Assembly: GCF_004010195.1 (NCBI RefSeq)
Contig: NC_057723.1
Coordinates: forward strand, 15,894,355 to 15,958,354
DNA length: 64,000 bases
Direction: 5' to 3'
From: Chiloscyllium plagiosum
Taxonomy: Eukaryota
Shown here: positions 1 through 13,494 of the stretch, piece by piece
Position numbering within the stretch: position 1 is the stretch's first letter
How the letters are laid out: the number at the start of each line of letters is the position of its first letter
Notes under the pieces: model-generated
Seen by the model: the letters and a program-made list of their open reading frames with translations, nothing else
What the model was told of the DNA's origin: nothing
The model's database searches: none
Program-made: the position numbers and the translations under genes

Positions 1-110
1 CAGCAGTTCAAGAAGGAAGATCACCACCATCCTCGCCAGGGCAATTATAGATTGGCAATAAAAGTTAGTCTAGCCAATGAAGTCCACAATGCATAAGCAA
101 ATAAAAGATA
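1..110 (+). mobile_element. 3' tail of an old LINE family (CR1/L2 group)
   Basis: cagcagttcaagaagg..caccaccatcc..gggcaatta..ggcaataaa; the same tail recurs at ~28590-28700, ~35890-36000 and reversed at ~22505-22600. Confidence 0.55.
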
Positions 111-417
111 CTAGATATCCAACACACATGGAAATAGTTCAATGTGACTTTACTTTTCTTTATTTCTTTGTCAGCTGAGTAACTGCTACTTTCTGAACTC
201 ATGTTTGCGTTGAGGAACAAATTGAAGTGAGCTTAATCTTTGAAATCCTCACAAACCCAATCTTTCCAATCTGAGCTCAAGTTCTCATGCATGATCTTGC
301 ACAATGAGCCGTGGAGACTTTCAATCTCTCAGCTCTTTCTTGCTGACCATCCATCTCCATGAGGTTCAGTAATACCTCAGAAAATCACTCTCTAAACCAA
401 TCCTATAATAGAGTCTA

Positions 418-548
418 GATTAGAGTGGTGCTGGAAAACCACAGCAGGTCAGGCAGCATCCGAGGAGCAGGAAAATCGACATTTCGGGCAAAAGCCCTTC
501 ATCAGGAATAGAGGCAGGGTCCGGTTTCTGCAGTCCTTGTTTTTATCT
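418..548. mobile_element. Short Penelope-like insertion: inverted pLTR arm with HHR motif plus forward 3' tail
   Basis: Minus-strand CTGATGA-agggcttttgccc-GAAATGTC at 472-510; flanked by a 19-bp TSD aatcctataatagagtcta (399-417) / aatcctacaatggagtcta (549-567). Confidence 0.8.
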
Positions 549-1134
549 AATCCTACAATGGAGTCTATTAAGTCTCTTCCTCTCAAAGCTCATCTCCAGT
601 GCAACATGAATCGCATAGACCTGGCATCCAGATCAAATTGCAAATTAACTATCCCTTGAACTCCCAACTTCATTTTATCATGAATCTAAATGTGCAGTTT
701 ACATTATAACTGTTTACAAAATCTGACATTCTGAACACTTTTCTGAAACTGTGGATGATAACAGTCCATATGCTATCAGCACAGATGCTTTGGTTGTTTT
801 TTCTTACAGGTGTGAACATATTTCACCTTCTTCCCAAGAAAACAACTGAATCTTTAACACCCAAGCCACGCAGCCTTGCTTTCAGCCAAATTCAGAATAG
901 ACACAGGTCCCTGCATTCCTCCATTTTTACCTGAAGGATGCCAGGCCTAAACAGAACAGACTGTAAAACCACCATTTGTTGCCTAATATTATGCTCAATA
1001 GCTTGCGCGCATTTAACATTTCTTGTTAATTTTTTATTGGTGTTTCTATCTCATAAAATCAAGAATTTAAAATTGTATTTTAAGAGATTTATTCATGCAC
1101 AATTTATAAAGTTTTGTAAATCTAAACAGTAAAC

Positions 1135-2693
1135 ATCTTTACCAGATAGACTGCACCCCAGAGGTCTAAGGGAGATAGCTGAAGAGATAGTGAAGGCATT
1201 ATTGGTAATTTTTCAGGAATCGCTAGAGCCAGGGAGAGTCCCAGAGGACTGGAAAATTGCTCATGTAACATTTCTGTTTAAAAAGGGAGTAAGGCAGAAG
1301 AAGAAAAATTACAGACCAATTAGCCTAACCTCAGTTGTGGGTAAGATTGTGGGAACCATTGTGAAGGATGAGATTTCTGAATACTTGGAAATACATGGTA
1401 AAATAGAGCAAGGTCAGCATTGTTTCATCAAGGGTAGGTCATGCCTGACTAATCTTCTAGAATTCTTTGAGGAAGTAATGAGCAGATTAAACCAAGGAGA
1501 AGCAATGGATGCTATCTACCTGGATTTCAAGAAGGCCTTTGACAAGGTGCCGCACATGAGGTTACTGAGAAGGATAAGGATCCATGGTGTCAGAGGCAAA
1601 ATGCTAGCATGGATGGAAGCTTGACTGTTTAGCAGAAAGTGGAGAGTGGAGATAGAAGGGTCCTTCTCAGGATGGTAGCCAGTGACAAGTGGTGGCTCAG
1701 TGTTGGGACCACAATTTTTCCCTTTATACATGAACAATCTAGATGAAGGAACTGAGGAATTTCTGGCTAAGATTGCATTTGATACAAAGATAGGTAGAGG
1801 GACAGGTAGCATTGAGGAGGCCGGAAGGCTGCAGAAGGATTTGGACAGGTTATGAGAGTGGGCAAAGAAGTGGCAGCTGGAGTACAATGTGGGGAAGTGT
1901 AAGGTCATGCACCTTGGTGGGAAGAATAGAGGCAAGGGCTATTTTTTAAGTGGGGAGAAAATTCAGAAGTCTGAAGTGCAAAGAGACTTGGAAGGTCTAG
2001 ACCAGAATTCTCTCAAGGTAAACTTGCAGGTTGAGTCAGTAATTAGGAAGGCAAATGCAATTATAGTATTTATTTTGAGAGGACTTGAATATAAAAGCAG
2101 GGATGCACTTCTGAGGCTCTCTCAGCCTCAGGTCAGGCCACATTTGGAGTATTGCATGCAATTTGGTGCCCATATCTCAGGAAGGATACTCTAGTCCTGG
2201 AGCGTGTTCAGAGGAGTTTCACATGAATGGTCCCAGGAATGAAAAGCTTAACATATGAGGAACACTTGAGGACTCTGGGTCTATACTCATTGGAGTTTAG
2301 AAAAATGAGGAGGGGATCGAATTGAAACTTACAAAATACTGAATATCCTGGACAACGTGGATGTTGGGAAGGTGTTTCCATTGGTAGGAGGAACTAGGAC
2401 CTGAGGGCAGAGCCTAAGAGTAAAAGGAAGACCTTTTTTGAACAGAGTTAAGGAGAAAGTTCTTCAGCCAGAGAATGGTGAATCTATGGAATTCAATGCC
2501 AGTGAAGGTAGTGGAGGCCAAGTCATTGAGTATATTTAAGACAGATATAGATAGATACGTGTTTGTAAAGGAGATCAAAGTTATGTGGAGAATAGGTTGG
2601 AAAAACTTATCAGCCATGATTGAATGGTGGAGCAGACTCGATGAGCTGAATGGCCTAATTTCTGCTCCTATGTCTTATGGTCCTCTGGTCTTA
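1135..2693 (+). mobile_element. 5'-truncated CR1 LINE (ORF2 RT region and 3' UTR), decayed
   Basis: VPEDWKIAHV, NYRPISLTSVVGK, QHCFIKGRSCLTNL, YLDFKKAFDKVPH, KCKVMHLG, VRPHLEYC; stops and frameshifts; tail tatgtcttatggtcc. Confidence 0.95.
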
Positions 2694-2857
2694 CGAGTAT
2701 CTCGTTATCATTCCTTTTAAATTTGTAATATTAAGTGTGATGATATACAGTTTCAATCTTCTACTTAACAATCACTTCATACATCTCCCAAATAGCTTTC
2801 ATTTAATATCCATTTCCGTGATCTACTCATCACTCTATGTCCTCCTGCAGTTACGTA

Positions 2858-3491
2858 TGTGATGATACGATAGCTTTAAGAGGTGTATTTTGTCCTGGTT
2901 TTTTTCATGAAGAAAAGTTGAGACAGACGTGCAAGCAGTCTGCTCCGAAGCTAATAAACTAAACAGCTTGTGAGGCCTTGGGTTATTTTTTAAAAGTTGG
3001 AACCACAGAAGCTGCCAAAATAGGTGGGGTAAGCTCCCAAAAAAAGTCAGAATTTTTTCTTAGTTTTAGCCTTTAGTAGCAGTTGTGGGGGTTTTGAAGC
3101 TGGATGTAAAAGCTCATTCCTCTCTCTGTTACAGCTAAAAGCTGGGATTCTCTTCCTGCTGCTAGAACTGCATGTGATGTGATCTATTTTACTGAATTTG
3201 CCTTTGCCAAGCATAGGATACTACTATAATGGAACAATTAATTACCAATTGTTAGTGTATATAATATTCTGTTAAGCATTTCGACAGAGTTACAGTTAAG
3301 CCAATTCTTTTATATTTATTTTGTCTGTGTTTTAACTGTACTGTTAAAATGAAGTGTGTCTTGCTTCAAATCGACAGTTTGACCAATTGAATTGCATCTG
3401 ATATATAACACCTTACATTTACCTTTAAAATAAGAAAGAATTGATGTCTAGACTACCTTCTTAACATATTTTGAGGGAGTTTGGTCTAACA
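2858..3491. mobile_element. Solo LTR
   Basis: Starts TG (tgtgatga), ends CA (ctaaca), 4-bp TSD cgta at 2854-2857 and 3492-3495; non-coding. Confidence 0.65.
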
Positions 3492-4924
3492 CGTACAACC
3501 CACTGCATTGTTAATCTCACTCTTCACTCATCTGATCTACAATGTTTGACCACTCCACATTATTTATGTAATGGGAAGAGTATTAGTCTCATCACTGATC
3601 CCCAGTTGACACCATTGCTCTTTTATTGCAAATCTCAATAATATTGTAATCTGTTCACTTTCCTGTTTGAATGTTCTCTGTTTTTTAATTAAGTTTGCAT
3701 CCATCCTGCTGCACTCCTTGTAATAGACAGTGTCTTCAGTTTACAAACAAGCTTCCTACTCTGCATAAATGTGAAATATGTGAAATGAAAATGGATATAT
3801 TGCATTTGATTTGCTAATTGTATCATTTCCATTATTCAGTCATAATTTTGCCATTCACAAATGGAAATATTCTGTCCTTAATTTATTCATGCCTTTCTGC
3901 TAAACTACTAATTTTATTCTACTTTTTCCGAGGGATCTTGCTGACAATGTTAGCTTTGTAATCTGTAGTGCATCGATGCCAGGAATCAATCATATAAAAA
4001 CATTGATCCTCAGTAAAAGTCTTTGGTACCCAATGATAATAATATGCATGACATTGCCTGTAGTCAGAGTTTTCCAAAATGTGAATTTTATAGCATTGAT
4101 TTAAGCATCTTTATAATAATACAAATGTTATAATCAATATGCAGCTTTTCCAAGATGTAACGGTATCCCATAGCAGCAAATTGGACATTGTGTGACCCCA
4201 TAAAAAAGGTGGGCGAGTGTTAAAATAAATAGACTGCCCATCATACGTAAATGTTAAGTGTTAACTGAGCCAGCAAACTACTCAACTAACCCCCAAAATA
4301 TATTGCCCATGCCAAAATGTTGGTGTTGGCAGCCTGTCAGGAGCCAGGGGGCTGTTTTTCTTTAAAGAAGTTTATAAAACAGTGGGAATAGGTTTGGAGA
4401 CTGTGCTGTCTTCTTAGCAGGCTTGCCTGCAGTCCTGGCAGTACTCACTAATGAACTCATGGAATCACAGATAACGCTGGAAGTGCCAGCCAAACACATC
4501 GACCAGCCACTTCTGCAAACAGGACTTCCTCCCAGGTGAGGGGCAGAAGTCACACAATTAGGAAATGCACAGATTCACTGAACTGTTATGGCACAGAGGG
4601 AGGCCATGCTGCCCTCTAATGTCAATTTAGCCGACATGCCGTGTGTTATGGCTACAGGGTGCACTTCTCCTGGTCCTTCAGTTTGCTGTGGCCTTCCCTT
4701 CTGGGGCGGGGCATGATGGGATGTGGAAGGATCAGCAGTCAGGCTCCCCTCCCCCACCACAATTTATTGTAGAAAGTAACTATGAAGATTAAGTACTTGA
4801 AGATTATGTTTATAAATTTCATCATTGCCTTTCTTTAGTGTGCAACACAGGCATTAATAATAACTTACTGACATCAAAACAATGCACTGGATCATGAAGA
4901 TCTATATGTGCTTTTAGGAGCAAA

Positions 4925-5117
4925 TTACTGCAGGTGCATCCTTTCTCCCCCAGCATTCCAAAGCCACCTCTCCCACTGTAGCATAAATGCTGCCCCCTCC
5001 ACCTTTCACATCAGCTCTGATGAAAAGTGATCTAGACTCAAAAGCGTTAGCTTGCTCTCTCTCCGTGGATGCTGCCTGACCTACTGTGATCCCCAGTATT
5101 TTTGGTTTTCTGTACAT
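4925..5117 (+). mobile_element. Penelope-like pLTR/3' end with degenerate HHR motif
   Basis: agctCTGATGAaaagtgatctagactcAAAAGCGTTagct followed by gatgctgcctgacct, shared with the other pLTRs. Confidence 0.65.
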
Positions 5118-5624
5118 CCTTTTAGCTGTTAGAGTACAGGGCTAAGGCTGCATATGACTAGTTCCATGCACATAGTTCAGCTTCAACTCCCAGATACCAT
5201 TGTTAGTTGTTCCTGAATGCCCAAGTCTAGTCCAAAGCAGAATGGGAGCCCAATATTGCTGCATTACAATAATAAGAATGGAAATGTAATTGATTTTTCA
5301 TTTGTAGTGATAACCGGATTTTAAAGAGCTGTGTTAATCTGGGTTTACCACACTTAGCCACAGGAAACCATCACCCATGTCCAGAGGTGGAGAGGATAAT
5401 TTACTGCAGGCGAGCTGATGGGCAGATTCCAGATATAACATTGTAACCCAAAGACGTAGTTAATTGCTGACTACTTAAGGGTTTGGAGAATGTGAGTACA
5501 AAAGGATTCCAGTGTTTAGAATGTCCTGTGAATTCAGAAATTGGTTAGCTAATTAGCTTTTACTGAAAAACGGGCCAATGCAGAAAAAGCAAGTATGAAA
5601 AAGAATCAATGTGCTTGCCAAACA

Positions 5625-5638
5625 GTTGTTATGGCAAC
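5625..5638. promoter_or_regulatory. RFX X-box-like palindrome in unique sequence
   Basis: GTTGTTATGGCAAC versus canonical GTTGCCATGGCAAC (2 mismatches, perfect right half-site). Confidence 0.35.
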
Positions 5639-6613
5639 AAAGGCCAATTCATTATTAATGTCAGGATTTCTTGATAAATGTCAGACTCCCTCCACCTCTC
5701 TTTCTCTCTCCTTGCCATTCCGCAGCCCTCCAAATAGACAGAGCAGCAAACCTGAACGTGCAGTGATAGAAATATGGGGAGTAGGTTTACATGTTTTTTT
5801 GCACACATTCACGCAGGTCTCTCGCACATGTGCATACACATATGTAAACACACTGTGTACAAAGAAGCACATACATAAGAGCTTCTAACCATCTGTGTAT
5901 TTTTCATAGCGAAGAGGCTGTGTAGTTTAAGAAGTGATTCAATGTTTAGCACAAGCATTATTCAGAGCACTGTTGTGCCAGGCAATAGATTTCTGCAAGT
6001 TAGGGTGAGAGGAATACATTGATATGAGTGAATTAATTGCAGAGAGATTGCAGCAAAACCCTGGGATGTGTATGAAGTGATCAAACACATCTGACAGCTT
6101 TCATTTTTTATGGATGAGTTATCATAAACTATCCGTAGTGCATTGTCCAGCTTGAGACTGGTGAACAATTCCTCGTCATCAAAAGCAGACTATCACATGC
6201 TCGCTTTCCACAGGCACTATTCCCAAAATTCAACGGAATTTGTACATGATGTGAACTTTGAACTAGAACATTGTGGACACTTTATCTGAAACTTTAAAGT
6301 AAGGGCAAAGCAAATAGTTTAATTGAATTTCCTTTTTTTGTTAGTTTAGTTCTTGTGTGATAAATGCCTTTGTTGAAATGTCAGAGAGGACTTTCAGGTC
6401 AGTATGTTATCTTGCCAAACCATGATAGTATTTCAAGACTAATGGTTTTCCTGGGAACTATGAATTGTGAACTGCACCAGTAAATGAATAGATAACACTT
6501 GATTCAAAGGTACAAATGATATCACCTTTCAAATAAACCAGAAGATTTAAACCACAATTTAAGCACTTCAACTAAGATGACTATTCAGTGCTCTACTAAT
6601 CAAGTAGAGCACT

Positions 6614-7171
6614 TGTGGGACGTTTCAGAGAACACCTCTGGGACACCCGGACCAACCAACCCAACTATCCCGTGGCTCAACACTTCAACTCCCCCTCCCA
6701 CTCCACCAAGGACATGCAGGCCCTTGGACTCCTCCATCGCCAGACCATAGCAACACGACAGTTGGAGGAAGAGTGCCTCATCTTCCGCCTAGGAACCCTC
6801 CAACTACAAGGGATGAACTCAGATTTCTCCAGTTTCCTCATTTCCCCTCCCCCCCACCTTGTCTCAGTCAAATCTCTTGAACTTCCTAACCTGCAATCTT
6901 CTTCCTGACCTCTCCGCCCCCACCCCACTCCGGCCTATCATCCTCACCTTGACCTCCTTCCACCTATCGCATTTCCAACGCCCCTCCCCCAAGTCCCTCC
7001 TCCCTACCTTTTATCTTAGCCTGCTGGACACACTTTCCTCATTCCTGAAGAAGGGCTTATGCCCGAAACGTCGATTCTCCTGTTCTTTGGATGCTGCCTG
7101 ACCTGCTGCGCTTTTCCAGCAACACATTTTTAGCTCTGATCTCCAGCATCTGCAGTCCTCACTTTCTCCTT
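6614..7171 (+). mobile_element. 5'-truncated Penelope-like element: GIY-YIG endonuclease C-terminus, pLTR with HHR, 3' tail
   Basis: RFREHL..PVAQHFNSPSHS..EECLIFRLGTLQLQGMN; HHR ctgaagaagggcttatgcccgaaacgtc at ~7045-7072; 12-bp TSD tactaatcaagt 6594-6605 / 7172-7183. Confidence 0.9.
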
Positions 7172-8691
7172 TACTAATCAAGTGCCAAGTTACATCCTTC
7201 AAGCTTGATGTTAAAGTGAGATTCTGCCTGTCTATCCAGGACATAAACTGTATACCATGACACTTCTATAAAAAACGCAGAGTTTTTTCACAAGTTCTTT
7301 TGTCCATTAAACATATACCACCTAAAAGCAGACCAACTCTTAATCATGTTTGCGCATCTTGCTCTGCTCATGTTTCTCATGTTTGTCTGCAAGCATGTCA
7401 GTGACTACACTTGAACTCAGTGCTGACTTGGGGCACCCAGAAGTTATGGAAGTTTCTCCAAAATGTCAGTGTTTTCGGTCTTCATCTTTATCACTTGCAT
7501 TCTATACATAGAACTCAGTAAGTTAACGTTTCCATTTCCACCCCATTGCCATAACCATTCTGCCTTTATTCTTGGTAAATTAATAAAATGGCAAGGATTA
7601 TTGACAGTCTTACACCAAATGAGGAACCAGAAAAAATAGAGAGAAACTAATTTTATTATAACTTTTTAATATGAATGGTAATATTATTCTATGGCTATGT
7701 GCTACCTGTTACACAACGTGATCCATCTCTGCAAGGTGCATTTAATTTTGTTGCATGTTTAGTTGCTGTTAAGCTGCAATCGCCCTCAAAATTGTTTGGT
7801 TATGTTATTAGTTATTTGGATCTAAAACATAGGGCTAGATTTTATTCTCCCTCCCCTACCACAAGTGGAGGATTGGGGGAAAGCTGCAAAATTGTGCACC
7901 ATACCAGTTGTTCTGCCCATTTGTCCCCTCACCCACCTCGAGTTCTGCTGCAATTTTCCTAACAGCAGAGGACGTGTTTAGAGGCCTCCCATACTAGGGG
8001 CTAATTGAGCCCCTTAAGTGGCCAATTAATGTCCATTTAAGGGCTTCCACTGACTGCCACTAGGATTTCACCCACAGCAGAGTAGGCTTGCATCCACTGC
8101 CCAGCCCAACCACTGAAATATTGTCAGCTGTTAGTCAAGTAAATTGGTGGGGGAGGGTATCTCATTTCTGAGTCACTGAGCTCATCTGAAGTCTCCTCCC
8201 AATAAAGTTCAGCATCTGTGTATCCCACGTCTCGACTCCCAGCCTCACTATCCATCCTGGGTCCACATCTTTCACAACAGCTTGTATCATTCTGGGCCTT
8301 GTGCAGAAATCACTTCTGTTTCCTGTGGCATTGCTCGAACCAGAACGGTGTCAGCAATTTCAATGGCTGACTGAGATTGAAGATGGGCTGGACGGCCTCT
8401 TTTCTGTGCTGTCGACCTCTATGACTGCATGAAAAGATATCTTCCTCAATGGGTTCAGACATTTCACGTCCAGCCTAAATGGATGGAGAGTGAACATTCC
8501 AAATAGAGCCAAGCTTATGTCTGAACTTTCATGCCAGGGCCTGACCCTGATGTAAACTTCATCCACTAATGCGTGCACTGTTCTCAAATCTATTTTGGAC
8601 ATGTATTACATTGTTGTGGAACAGTGCTTCTGGGTTGCAAGTAGATATCAGTTTTGGTGCCATTTACTGATTTGATTTCATCCCAAAATAT

Positions 8692-9392
8692 ATGACATAG
8701 AAACATATAATATGGTAGAGCAGGAGTAGGCCATTTGGCGTTTAGGGCCTGCTCCACCATTTAGCATGATAATAGTTGACATTCAACTCACTATCCTATT
8801 CCTGCTTTCTCGCCATATCCTTTCATCCCTTTAGCCTGAAGAATGATATCAACAGTTTTCTTGAAAATCTTCAATTTTTGACAGAGGATTCCACAGGTTT
8901 AACACTCTCTGGGTGAAGAAAATCTTCCTCATCTCTATCGTAAAAGGCTTACCCCTTAGAGTTAGACTATGGTTCTGGACACCTCAGTCATCGAGAAGCT
9001 TCTTTTCAAATCCAACCTGTTTAATCCTATTCCAATTTTATAAGTTTCTTTAAGATGCCCCCTCAATCTTCGAAATTCTTGTGAACATAATCCTAAACAA
9101 ACCATTCTCTCTGCATGTGCCAGTTCTGCCATCCCAAGTTTCCTGAAGAAGGGCTAATGCCCGAAACGTCGATTCTCCTGTTCCCTAGATGCTGCCTGAC
9201 TTGCTGCGCTTTTCCAGCAACACATTTCCATCCCAAGAATCAGTCTGGTAAAAGCTTCTTTGCACTCCCTCAATAGCCAGAACATCCTTCCTCGGGTAAG
9301 GAGACCAAACTGCAAGCAGTACTTTTGGAGTGGTCTTACCAATGCCCTGTACAGTAGCAGCAAGACATCCTTGTTCCTGTACTCGAAACCTC
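8692..9392 (-). mobile_element. CR1 LINE 3' end, interrupted by a short PLE insertion
   Basis: LLLYRALVRPL..YC, WSPYPRKDVLAIEGVQRSF on the minus strand; CR1-type 3' UTR at the left end. Confidence 0.85.
9139..9227 (+). mobile_element. 89-bp PLE pLTR fragment with intact minimal HHR motif
   Basis: ttcCTGAAGAagggctaatgcccGAAACGTCga; 10-bp TSD ccatcccaag 9129-9138 / 9228-9237. Confidence 0.85.
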
Positions 9393-12300
9393 AGGAAAAC
9401 ACACTTGGTAGGATCACTTTCCATGACCCAAATACAGCTGGCCAATACCTAACAATGTTATTCAAGGCCTCACTACTGTATCAAAAATCAGTATGCAACA
9501 ATAATATGCTAATATAGATTCCAAAATACATATTCTCTTTTTCCTGTTCAGCTACATAGCTTCCACATGCTTTGTCTCTTGGTTGGTCTGTTCCCCAGAG
9601 TTCACTCCAACTAAACTTCAAGTTGGAAGTAAAAATTGATTGCTTTTTAAACTTGGTTTCAACTGCCACCTACATAAACACACACACACACACAGATGGC
9701 TGAATTGAAAAAGCAGTATGCAGCCATTTTTAATTGGCTCATCTGTGTGTATTTCTGTGTGGTGTGTTTGTATATACTTCATGTATTTATATGTGCATGT
9801 GAATTTGTGCATGAGTATATATGTGTTTGCCCAAGTCATCAAGCTGTCTTAACGTTTTATCTTTGCAGAGGTGGTGTTTAGAGATTTTTAAATCCAGTAG
9901 TAAAAGTTCAACTGCTGAACTGTGACAAATTTCATGGTCAATCTATGGCAACCCGCCACGATATAAAACTTTAGCTTTGACTGAGTGGTTGTAATTTTTT
10001 CCTGAATTCTCCCTCTATACCCCCCTCCAACAAGTATTCTGTGTTGATATTTCAATGCAGTACTGCAGGATCATTATATTGTTGGATAACTCATCAAACC
10101 AAAGTTCTTGTTGACCCTCTGAAGGAGATGTAGAGCATCCCGAGACTCTACTAGAAGGTGTACAGATTCCTTTCAATCTGCTAACTAAAATGTATCTCTC
10201 AGCCAACTGTCTCAGTTAGCTGGACGACTGCCTTGCAATGTAGAGTGATGCCCGTGGTGCGGGTCCAATTCCTGCACTGGCTGAGGCTATCATGAAGGAT
10301 TCTCCTATTCAACCTCCTTTACTAGGCCTATGGCAATCTTACTTTATATTATCCCTCAGTCAACCAAAACCAATTCACTGGAGATTCAAATCAAAGCTGT
10401 TTGTGGGAACACCTTTTGTCTGAACTGACATCACATTTACCTACAACATAACTGTGATGGGACTTTGAAAACAATTATAGTAATTGTTTGACATATGTCA
10501 GTGTTGCACTAATTTTTCATTTTTAACTACAAAGTAACAATGAATTTTGCTGTAATTTCTGTTTACTGAAACCTCCTTATTTCCCATAGAAAAATTATTG
10601 CTAGCTTGGGAGCAAAAGAGCGACACATTCACCCGAGTTGAAAGGACAGTGTGACAAATCACATTGATACCATCTGAATGCAGAATGGAGAGATTATCAT
10701 CGTGTCATATCCGTTGATTACATCCTGGCTCATTTTATTCATTTCATAGGATGTGAGTGTTGGTGATAAAAGCAACAATTATTCTCTCCTCTTATCTGCC
10801 TGTGACAAACTGCCTTTTTGAACTGCTGCACTGTGTAGAGTTAAGTACTGTCTTAAAGCTGTTAACTAGGGCATTCCAGAGTTTTGACCTATAATTATGC
10901 TATTATGCTTTTTATGTTCAGTGCAATACTTTTTCACGGATGCCTTTCGTCCATTGTAGGTGAAGGGAAGACTAATTGTACTGCCCCAGATGAGATCAGC
11001 TAACCAACATAGTTCAGAAATTAAAATGAGACATCCTGAACCAGTACAACATCGTATCAATTTCCATTGCTGCTCAGAATTATTAGTTCATAAGAAAGTT
11101 ACTTTGTGAATCAAGCCTGCTCTAGAATTCAGTAAGATTATAGATGATCTGATTGTGGCCTTCGCACCATCACTTTCTGGCCCCCATAATCCTTCACTCT
11201 ATTGCCAATCCAAAACCTATCTAACTCAGCCTTGAGTATATTCAATGACCCAGTTTTACTGCTATGTCTCAGTATCTGTTCAAAACTTATTCAAGCTATA
11301 GAGTTGGTCTCCGGCGGGCAATAAAAGTCTGGAATTTTCAATCCTGCCAAGAATGGGAACAGAAGCAGCTATGGATCCAATGCATTGACCCCAGATGCTA
11401 TGCTGATTTCCTAATGCCAGTCCTCAGCACTTGCTATCCAGCAGGACAGTGCGGTGGGGAAAGTGGTCTCATGATTTTACTTAATTCCTAATTAAGACCA
11501 ATTAAACTGATTAAGGACCTTAATAAGAATGCATTAATGAAAGGATGTTATGACTTTTCTCAGGGATTCAGAGGTTGCTTGTGTTCACTGGGGCACGGGT
11601 ACACAGCAGTCAATGGCCAAGAATTATTTGGTTTCAATAAAAGAGTGAATGATTCTGCAGTTATGTTTGTGCCTGGATGTTATTACAGAAGAAGCAAAAG
11701 CATCCATTAATGCTCTTGATGCCTTTAGAGAGAGGTTGGCACCATCGGGAATTCAGTTCTTTATTTCCTCCTTCAACTCCATTGGATTTAGTCCTTTTCT
11801 CCTTTCCCTCCCTCCACACACCCCCACTTTTAATGGTTCACATTGCCCATTATAGCATTTGCATGTTAACTACTAATTGATTGCATAGGTAATTATAGCT
11901 GATGTTTAGTAGTTTAAAAAAAGTCACATTGATTTGATGGTGGGAAAGTCGTTCAGTTGTGTTTGATGACACTTCCAGATACAGGAAAAGAAAAGGTGAA
12001 TGCTGAGGAGGAATCTCATCCATTGAGAGATATGTGCCCTGGTGCAACACTGTAGCAATGAGAGTAAACAGTAATGAATTGGACAATGCAAAGTGATCAT
12101 CACCCTCCTGGTATCACAGGGGTATAAGACAGGGAGCTAGGCTTCTAAGAACAATTGGGTGGTTAGCTGACCACACGGACGGCAACATGGTTCTCAGACT
12201 TTGTGCTAATGGCGATGATGGACACCAAACTCTGCAGGAAGCACTGGGCTTTAAGAGGGCAATACCTCAGAGATATCCCTTCCAGATTGGATCTACTAGC

Positions 12301-12611
12301 TGACTGTGAGCCAGCTGGAGATGAGCGAGAACCAGTGAGACAGGAGCTGCTTACTCTTCAGGCAGAAAAATGCGATCATTGCTGAAGACCGACATTTCGC
12401 AACATTGGTCACTGTGTCCTGGCGGCAGTCATCCAACCTGCTGTGGTCTTCAACTGTTTCACTGATGGCTCCTTCCAAGGATCAGTTGTGGACCTTGGTG
12501 GAACCTCAGAAATCCCATTCCATTAACAGCTAACTGACACCCCAATTTCCACAGTTAGATAGTACATTCACTTCATCGCAAATGTCATCTTATGGGCACC
12601 TGAGCAGCAAA

Positions 12612-13231
12612 TGGTCAGAGTATTGAGTACAGGAGTTAGAAGGTCATGTTGTGGCTGTACAGGACATTGGTTAGGCCACTTTTGGGATATTCCGTCCGAT
12701 TCCGGTCTCCTTCCTATCGGAAAGATGTTGTGAAACTTGAAAGGGTTCACAAAAGATTTACAATGATATTGCCAGGGTTGGAGGATTTGAGCTTTAGGGA
12801 GAGGCTGAATAGGCTGGGGTTGTTTTCCCTGGAGCATTTGAGGCTGAGGGGTGACCTTATAAAGGTTTATAAAATCATGAGTGGCATGGATAAGATAAAT
12901 AAACAATATCTCTTCCCTGGGGTGGGGGAGTCCAGAACTAGAGAGCATAGGTTCAGGGTGAGAGGAGAAAGATATAAAAGTGACCTAAGGGGCAACTTTT
13001 TCACACAGAGGGTGGTATGTGTATGGAATGATCTGCCAGAGGAAGTGGTGGAGGCTGGTACAATTGCAACATTTAAAAGGCATTTGAATGAGTATATGAA
13101 TAGGAAGGGTTTGGAGCGATATGGGCCAAGTACTGACAGGTGGGACTAGATTGGGTTAGGATAACTGGTCGGCATGGTCGGGTTGGACCAAAAGGTCTGT
13201 TCCCATGCTGTACATCTCTATGATTCTATGA
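12612..13231 (+). mobile_element. CR1 LINE 3' end (relatively young)
   Basis: 167-aa open ORF2 C-terminus LYRTLVRPLLGY..RLRGDLIKVYKI..FFTQRVVCVWNDLP; (ctatga)n-like tail. Confidence 0.95.
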
Positions 13232-13494
13232 GTAAATGCTCTGAGACTCCTTGTCTTGTCTGCTGAGGAAGATTAAGCAGAGACCTTTCCTAAAGTATAG
13301 GATAGCATTGACCTTGCCTTCGCATTCAGGCCATTGGACACAGCTCCTTCTCCCCATACCTTTGTCGCTAACATGGCAGTGATATCAACAGTGGCAGTAA
13401 TATACAGCCATGCCTGCTCAATATGAGTGCCCTCCCTCATTCAACCTCTGGAATGGGTACATCCCTCTCTAAATGCCTCTACCATCACCCCCCA

